NCBI GenBank assembly: GCA_043797665.1
Contig: JAZDPL010000083.1
Location: forward strand, 1 to 21,724
DNA: 21,724 nt
Direction of reading: 5' to 3'
Origin: Candidatus Omnitrophota bacterium
Lineage (GTDB): Bacteria; Ratteibacteria; UBA8468; MWAK01
In this document: positions 16,311-21,724 of the stretch, piece by piece
Position numbering within the stretch: position 1 is the stretch's first letter
Layout of the letters: each line of letters starts with the position of its first letter
The notes under the pieces: model-generated
Told to the model about the DNA's origin: nothing
The model's database searches: none
The model's input: the letters and a program-made list of their open reading frames with translations, nothing else
Position numbers and translations under genes: made by a program

Positions 16311-17420
16311 ATGCGCGGAGAAAAATCCCAACCGGACTGGAAGGAGTTTAAGGAGGTTATCCTTCGGCAAAAAATTCCTTCCCGGGTGCCTCTCTTTGAA
16401 CTCCACATAGATAAGGAGGTTGTCCGGTATTTTGTGAAAAACCTATTGGGAAGGGAATGGGTGGAGCCGGGTCTGGCGAAAGAACGCCGGGACCAGGAAA
16501 CGGTTCTGCAGAACAATATTCTGGTTTGGCGCCAATTAGGTTACGACTATCTCAGGCTTACCGCGGACTTCCGTTTTTCCGCCTCGCTTTCTTTTGCTTC
16601 CCGGAGCCGGGCCACCCGGGATACCGCTGACCTTAGCCGGGGAACCAGAAAGTGGGTGGAAGAAGGGAAAGGGGCCATCGCTACCCGGGAAGATTTCGAA
16701 AAGTTTCCCTGGCCATCTTTAGAAGAGGTGGACCCCTGGCCCTTTGAGTTTCTCTCTAAAAATCTACCTTCCGGACTGGGTTTCTTTGCCACTTTTTCCC
16801 AGGGAATCTTTGAAATACTTACCAACGAACTCTTTGGTTTAGAATCATTGGGGTACCTTATCTATGACAACCCTGAGCTGGTGGAGGCGGTTACCGATAA
16901 GGTGGGCGAACTGATTTACGGATGTTACCGGAAGGTCCTCGGACTGGATAACCTGTTGGGTTTTGTCCAGGGAGACGATATGGGTTTTAAGACCGCCACC
17001 CTGGTTTCACCGCAGTTTTTGCGGAAGTACGTCCTGCCCTGGCACAAAAAATTGGCGCAGTTTGCCCACAGCCACAACCTCCTTTATATCCTCCACAGTT
17101 GCGGGAACATAGAGCCGATTATGGAGGAACTGATATCCGAGGTAAAAATAGACGCCAAGCACTCTTTTGAGGATGCCATTATGCCGGTGGCCGGGTTTAA
17201 GAAAAAATACGGGGAGCGGATTGGGGTTTTGGGCGGGGTGGACGTCAACAAACTCTGCCTTCTGAAAGAGGCCGCACTGCGTCAATACGTACGTAAAATT
17301 CTGGATGAGTGTATGCCGGGCGGCGGTTACGCCCTGGGTACCGGCAATTCTGTCGCAAACTACATACCGATAGAAAATTACCTGGCAATGCTGGACGAAG
17401 GCACTAAGTGGAAGAGGTAA
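16311..17420 (+). CDS. uroporphyrinogen decarboxylase superfamily protein (MtaA/CmuA-like branch; not clearly HemE)
   Basis: GDDMGFK, LHSCGNI, DAKHSFED, VLGGVDV, GGGYALGTGNS. Confidence 0.85.
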   Translation: MRGEKSQPDWKEFKEVILRQKIPSRVPLFELHIDKEVVRYFVKNLLGREWVEPGLAKERRDQETVLQNNILVWRQLGYDYLRLTADFRFSASLSFASRSRATRDTADLSRGTRKWVEEGKGAIATREDFEKFPWPSLEEVDPWPFEFLSKNLPSGLGFFATFSQGIFEILTNELFGLESLGYLIYDNPELVEAVTDKVGELIYGCYRKVLGLDNLLGFVQGDDMGFKTATLVSPQFLRKYVLPWHKKLAQFAHSHNLLYILHSCGNIEPIMEELISEVKIDAKHSFEDAIMPVAGFKKKYGERIGVLGGVDVNKLCLLKEAALRQYVRKILDECMPGGGYALGTGNSVANYIPIENYLAMLDEGTKWKR

Positions 17421-18334
17421 AAGGCGCGGAGGCTGACCATAACTGCATTGTCAAGACAGAGGGCGATAGGCGGGATACGTAATTCCACCGTGTTCTCTTC
17501 GGCCCATACTTTTAGTAGGTTCCGGATAAAATTGTTTGCCAGAACCCCCCCTCCGGTCAGGACCGACCGGACCGGCTCTTTCCGGTAAGCGTAGTCTAAC
17601 TTCCGCACCAATCCTTCGGCTACCGATTGCTGAAAGCCTGCGGCGACCTCCGCCTTCTCCGCATCAGGGTGTTCCTTCAGATAATAAGCCACCGCGGTCT
17701 TCAGACCGCTGAAACTGAAGTCGTAGGAATTGCGGACCCCGGGCAGGGGAAACCGCACCGGATTTTCTGATTCTTCCGCTAATTTTTCTACTTGGGGACC
17801 GCCGGGATAAGGCAGAGAAAGGAGCCGGGCTACTTTGTCAAACGCCTCGCCGGCCGCATCGTCCCGGGTTTCACCCAGGACTTCAAAATTGTTCGGACCG
17901 GTTACCAGGAAGATGGAAGAATGTCCTCCGGAAACAACCAGTCCTAAGGCGGGGAACGGCGAAGGTTCCGGTAAGAAATTGGCGGATAGGTGTGCTTCCA
18001 GGTGGTCTACGGGAAGGAACGGGATTTCTAACGCCGAGGCGATTGCCCGGCCAAAATTTTCACCAATCAGCAGGGAACCGGAAAGACCCGGCTTGGTTGT
18101 GGCCGCAACCGCAGAGATGTCTGTTTTCTTAATTTCAGCCTTCTTAAGGCAAATGTTAAAGAGAGGTACGATTACTTCCAGGTGCCTCCGGCTGGCTAAT
18201 TCCGGAACTACTCCGCCGTAAAGGGAATGAATATCATTCTGGCTGGCCACCTCGGAAGCCAGGATTTTATTTCCGTCTGCCACCAGGGCAATTGCGGTCT
18301 CATCGCAGGAACTCTCTATGCCTAAGATAACCAT
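17378..18334 (-). CDS. tsaD: tRNA N6-threonylcarbamoyladenosine (t6A) transferase
   Basis: ILGIESSCDET, GGVVPELASRRH, HLEAH, VSGGHS, GETRDDAAGEAFDK, FSFSGLKT, DNAVM; start 18334 or 18352. Confidence 0.95.
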   Translation of the reverse strand: MVILGIESSCDETAIALVADGNKILASEVASQNDIHSLYGGVVPELASRRHLEVIVPLFNICLKKAEIKKTDISAVAATTKPGLSGSLLIGENFGRAIASALEIPFLPVDHLEAHLSANFLPEPSPFPALGLVVSGGHSSIFLVTGPNNFEVLGETRDDAAGEAFDKVARLLSLPYPGGPQVEKLAEESENPVRFPLPGVRNSYDFSFSGLKTAVAYYLKEHPDAEKAEVAAGFQQSVAEGLVRKLDYAYRKEPVRSVLTGGGVLANNFIRNLLKVWAEENTVELRIPPIALCLDNAVMVSLRAFYLFHLVPSSSIAR

Positions 18335-18394
18335 AGACTGACTACTTCTCATTAAGATTTACGCTCGCTTTTCTATTCTACCATATACCGTATA

Positions 18395-18439
18395 ATCCTA
18401 TACAATTAACTTGACTAATTGTATAGGATGTTATAAGAT
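18395..18439 (+). promoter_or_regulatory. promoter of the AAA/DUF4143 gene with a perfect 14-bp inverted repeat
   Basis: ATCCTATACAATTA (18395-18408)-N7-TAATTGTATAGGAT (18416-18429); TTGACT 18411-18416, N17, TAAGAT 18434-18439. Confidence 0.75.
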
Positions 18440-18463
18440 TAGAAAGGTTAAAATGGGGGTATA

Positions 18464-19843
18464 ATGAGAATCAGATACAACACGATAGGTACAGATGGAC
18501 TCTGGGGAACGTTTAATGAGTTGAAGGTTGATACTGAGCAGATAGTCTCCAGAGAATCCCTGAAAAATATCGTTGAGCGGTTGGATAAGAATGCGGTCGA
18601 AGTTCTGTGTGGTCCCAGGCAAAGCGGAAAGACAACGCTTCTGTATCTTTTAATGATAGAAATTACAAAAAAGAATGTGCCCCCGGAATATATTCACTAT
18701 CTTAACATAGACACCCTTCCAGACTACGCAATTTTTGAAAATCCGGTTAGATTCTGCCAGGCTATCCGGGAGAGTCATCAAAATAACAAGGAACAGAAAG
18801 TATATCTACTATTGGACGAAATACAACGATTAAAGAATCCCGGGCTGTTTCTTAAAGCCATTTACGATAGTTGCCCGGATATAAAACTGATTGTTTCCGG
18901 TTCCTCGTCTCTGGAAATAAGAGCCAAAACCAAAGAGTTTTTAACTGGCCGGAAGTATGAAACTTTGCTCCTTCCCTTGTCTTATCGAGAAATAGTACGT
19001 TACTCAAAAAAGTTGCCCCCCAATTTTTTTGAAGAAAAGGTGACCGCCGATAACATTGAACTCTGGAAAGAACGTCAACAGATATATGGCCAGTTTTTAG
19101 TTGAACAGATGATGGAAATGGCAATTCATGGCGGTTATCCCGGTGTCTTTATGGCAGAAAACAAAAAAGACAAAGAAGGGATACTCTATGAACTATATAA
19201 TTCCTACGTGAAGAAAGATATTACAGATTTCTTGAAGGTGGAGAACCTTTCTCTATTTAATAACTTAGCAAAAACGCTTGCGGCTCAAATAGGGGGTTTA
19301 ATCAACCTTTCCCAAATTTGTTCTTTGTTGGGAGGGAACCGGATTACTATCAGTAAGTATCTTAATATTCTTGAAGAAACATACGTAATTAAGGCTCTGA
19401 CTCCGTTCGTTAGAAACAAAAGGAACGAAGTCAAATATGCCAAGAAATGTTTTTTTAATGACTGCGGATTTCGTAATCTTCCCCTTAATCAATTTGGAAA
19501 AGTTTCAGAGAGGTCTGACTTTGGTAGTCTTCTGGAAAATATGGTTGCCCAAGAGAGTATCAAATCGCTGGGACCGTTTAACAACCTCTATTACTGGAGA
19601 ACCAAGGCGGGAGCAGAAGTTGATTTTGTGATTGAATCGGCCGGGGGAATCATACCGGTGGAGGTAAAGTTCTTATCGGCAAAAATTGGCACATTATCCC
19701 GAAGTTTCCATAGTTTTCTTGAGGCTTATCATCCCCCAAAATCTTTCTTTCTGAATCGCGACCAGGTCGGTTGCTTGAAGAAAAACAATACTGAAGTCTT
19801 TTACCTCCCTATCCATTGGTTTCTTCTTGGTTGCGCTATTTAG
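18464..19843 (+). CDS. ATP-binding protein, AAA_14 + DUF4143 family
   Basis: Walker A GPRQSGKTT, Walker B LLLDEIQ, SGSSS, GGYP, YWRTKAGAEVDFV...PVEVK PD-(D/E)xK-like tail; visibly AT-richer than flanks. Confidence 0.9.
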   Translation: MRIRYNTIGTDGLWGTFNELKVDTEQIVSRESLKNIVERLDKNAVEVLCGPRQSGKTTLLYLLMIEITKKNVPPEYIHYLNIDTLPDYAIFENPVRFCQAIRESHQNNKEQKVYLLLDEIQRLKNPGLFLKAIYDSCPDIKLIVSGSSSLEIRAKTKEFLTGRKYETLLLPLSYREIVRYSKKLPPNFFEEKVTADNIELWKERQQIYGQFLVEQMMEMAIHGGYPGVFMAENKKDKEGILYELYNSYVKKDITDFLKVENLSLFNNLAKTLAAQIGGLINLSQICSLLGGNRITISKYLNILEETYVIKALTPFVRNKRNEVKYAKKCFFNDCGFRNLPLNQFGKVSERSDFGSLLENMVAQESIKSLGPFNNLYYWRTKAGAEVDFVIESAGGIIPVEVKFLSAKIGTLSRSFHSFLEAYHPPKSFFLNRDQVGCLKKNNTEVFYLPIHWFLLGCAI

Positions 19844-20832
19844 GAAATGATTTGCTGGTAGAGAAGGGGGATGGAGACCTTGTGGTCAATACAGAAGTGA
19901 AAGCCTTTGCCGCCCAAACTGACCGGCCGGCTGACGATGTTCTTCCAGGGCCGGTAATAGTAGTGATAGATATTGTGTCCGTTTAGAGTCCGGTAGTTAC
20001 CCAGGTCAATCAGGTCAAAGTTGGCGGTGGTAAACTTCTTCACCTTAAACCCCAGGTTTCGGGCAATGGAAAGCGCCTTTAAGAAGACCTCCGGACCAAT
20101 CATCGCGCTGCCAAAGTTTAAGAAGACTCCGCCTTCTAATTGGGAAACAGACCGGCAGTACTTTTTGAAGTCAATCCCGGCGGCTCCACCCAAAGCAGAA
20201 AAGTCGACGTCAGGATGCTGGTGGATGATGTCGGTCCCCAGGGCGATATGAAAGGTGGCTGGGATTCCGCATTTGTATGCCTGGTAAAGGACGGAAATAT
20301 CCCGGTAGGGAAACCGCTTGGGATGTTTGTCTATGTAGACCGCTAAACTCTCCCCGTAGCCTGAGCGTTGAGAACGCCCGGTGCGTTGAGAACGTTTTAA
20401 CCAGCCATCCCTGATAGCCTGGTTCATCCATCTGCCGGTCTCCTCCCACATCCCGAATGAGCCATCCTCAAGGGCTGAAGATACGTCTTCCGAGGTTCCG
20501 CCCAAATAGGCTAATTCAAAGTCGTGGATACTGACCGCACCGTTTCCCGCCAGGTGCTGAACAAAACCCGCCTTCATCAATTCAATCAGATAACGGGAAA
20601 GTCCGGATTTGATTACGTGACCACCTAAAGACCAGATAATGGGCCGACACTTCCTTTTCGCCTGCCGGATTCGCTCCACCAGTTCCTCAAACTCCGGACT
20701 TTCCTGGAGACCCTTGACGGTTTCATTCCGGGGCAGTTGGTATTTACCCGGCACCAGAATATTCTTCCGGTCTACCAGGTTCTTCCGGTCCCGGGCAGAA
20801 AATGTCCTGATTCTGGCGAAATCAAATTCCAT
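19840..20832 (-). CDS. deoxyhypusine-synthase-like hypothetical protein
   Basis: LGGHVIKSGL, NGAVSIHDFELA, TSEDV, DGSFGM, LGTDIIHQHP, NFGSA..GPEVFLKAL; family recalled from motif pattern. Confidence 0.65.
   Translation of the reverse strand: MEFDFARIRTFSARDRKNLVDRKNILVPGKYQLPRNETVKGLQESPEFEELVERIRQAKRKCRPIIWSLGGHVIKSGLSRYLIELMKAGFVQHLAGNGAVSIHDFELAYLGGTSEDVSSALEDGSFGMWEETGRWMNQAIRDGWLKRSQRTGRSQRSGYGESLAVYIDKHPKRFPYRDISVLYQAYKCGIPATFHIALGTDIIHQHPDVDFSALGGAAGIDFKKYCRSVSQLEGGVFLNFGSAMIGPEVFLKALSIARNLGFKVKKFTTANFDLIDLGNYRTLNGHNIYHYYYRPWKNIVSRPVSLGGKGFHFCIDHKVSIPLLYQQIIS
20359..20394. repeat. in-frame 18-bp tandem duplication
   Basis: GCGTTGAGAACG at 20365-20376 and 20383-20394; encodes RSQRTG-RSQRSG. 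Confidence 0.8.
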
Positions 20833-20850
20833 AGAATTCTCCTAACTATT

Positions 20851-21636
20851 TTACTTGGCGGTGTAGCCGCCGTCAACCGGGATGTTGGCGCCGGTAAGGT
20901 AGACTGAGGCGTCTGACGCCAGAAACACAACGGCACCCATCAGGTCGGTCTCGTTAGCCAGCCGGCCTAAGAATGTCCGGTCGCTGTACTGCCGGACAAA
21001 GGCTTCCGGCATCTTGGCGGTCCACAGTCCACCCGGACTGACGCAGTTGCAGCGGACACCGCTGGAACCGTAGTAACTGGCGATGAACCGGGTAAAGTTA
21101 ATCATACCGCCCTTGTGGAAAAAGTAGTCCGGAGCCCAACCGCTCATATCCGTGCCCCGGTAGATTGTCGGGTCCGGTCCAATTATCCCGTGGATGGAAC
21201 CGACATTAATGATGGAACCGTTTTTTTGTTTAGCCATTACGCCACCAAACGCGCGGGTGACGATAAAGAGACCGGTTGCGTTAACCTGCATACTTTCCGC
21301 AAAGGTCTTGGCATCATCCTGGAAACCTTTTTTCATCGGCCGCAGGACCGCATTATTCACCAGAACGTCTATCCGGCCGCTCCGGTCCATAATCTCGTCT
21401 TTCAGTTTCAGAATAGAGATTTCCTCGGCAAGATTCAATTCTAACGCCGTAACGTCTTCTCCTCTGGAACGGTGTTCCTCTGCCAGTACTTCCAGGGTTT
21501 TTAAATTCCGGGAGGCGACGTAGGTTTTGGCGCCGGATTCGGCTAAGGCGGAGACAACCTGCCGGCCGTATAATCCGGCACCGCCGGTTGCTAACGCCAC
21601 TTTTCCTTTAAGGCTGAACTTTTCCAGGATACCCAT
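20851..21636 (-). CDS. SDR family oxidoreductase
   Basis: TGGAGLYG, DVLVNNA, NVGS, YFFHK (YxxxK), SPGG, TGANIPVDGG; AAGGAG SD favours ATG 21636. Confidence 0.92.
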   Translation of the reverse strand: MGILEKFSLKGKVALATGGAGLYGRQVVSALAESGAKTYVASRNLKTLEVLAEEHRSRGEDVTALELNLAEEISILKLKDEIMDRSGRIDVLVNNAVLRPMKKGFQDDAKTFAESMQVNATGLFIVTRAFGGVMAKQKNGSIINVGSIHGIIGPDPTIYRGTDMSGWAPDYFFHKGGMINFTRFIASYYGSSGVRCNCVSPGGLWTAKMPEAFVRQYSDRTFLGRLANETDLMGAVVFLASDASVYLTGANIPVDGGYTAK

Positions 21637-21663
21637 TTGACTCCTTTTGTTCTGCGACCACCC

Positions 21664-21714
21664 GCAGGCTAAAGCCTGCACGGGTCCCCTTCCCTTAGGA
21701 TAGGGAAGGGCTAC
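21664..21714 (-). repeat. GTAG-family REP interrupted by a 32-nt hairpin module
   Basis: + strand GCAGGC-TAAA-GCCTGC (21664-21679), module CACGGGT-C-CCCTTCCCT-TAGGAT-AGGGAAGGG (21679-21710), then CTAC (21711-21714). Confidence 0.8.
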
Positions 21715-21724
21715 CTTTGTCATT

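Noticed and set aside
16311..17420. Calling the URO-D family gene hemE
   Set aside because: It lacks the N-terminal RQAGR motif of true HemE.
21637..21723. N-terminal extension of the SDR in the ORF track
   Set aside because: It reads through the REP and hairpin module; the AAGGAG SD and the family start support ATG 21636.
1..21724. CRISPR array, transposase, integrase or prophage
   Set aside because: No regularly spaced direct repeats or mobility-gene motifs were seen.

Overview
Bacterial chromosomal window with about 20 credible CDSs; no rRNA, tRNA, CRISPR array, integrase or transposase was seen. The left arm carries an RHH/MazF toxin-antitoxin pair, a Gfo/Idh/MocA oxidoreductase, argJ, a sugar-phosphate isomerase/epimerase and a CinA/PncC gene. 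The centre (4715-16143, minus strand) is a 9-gene carbohydrate-catabolism-like cluster: GntR/LacI-type regulator, a ~940 aa secreted unknown protein, then a tightly packed operon of DUF1559-type prepilin-like protein, secreted LamG-like protein, GH105/GH88-like hydrolase, C45 peptidase, KDPG-aldolase-like protein, D-2-hydroxyacid dehydrogenase and GH29 fucosidase. An identical 18-bp palindrome lies over the -10 box of both the regulator promoter and the prepilin-operon promoter. The right arm carries a URO-D family protein, tsaD, an AT-rich AAA_14/DUF4143 ATPase with a perfect 14-bp inverted repeat around its promoter, a deoxyhypusine-synthase-like protein and an SDR. The most unusual non-coding signal is a 32-nt module (CACGGGT-N-9-bp stem-6-nt loop) present three times with covarying stems, each copy nested inside a REP-like palindromic repeat. 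The DUF1559-type pilin suggests a PVC-like lineage, but this is inference only. All family calls come from motif recognition, not database searches.
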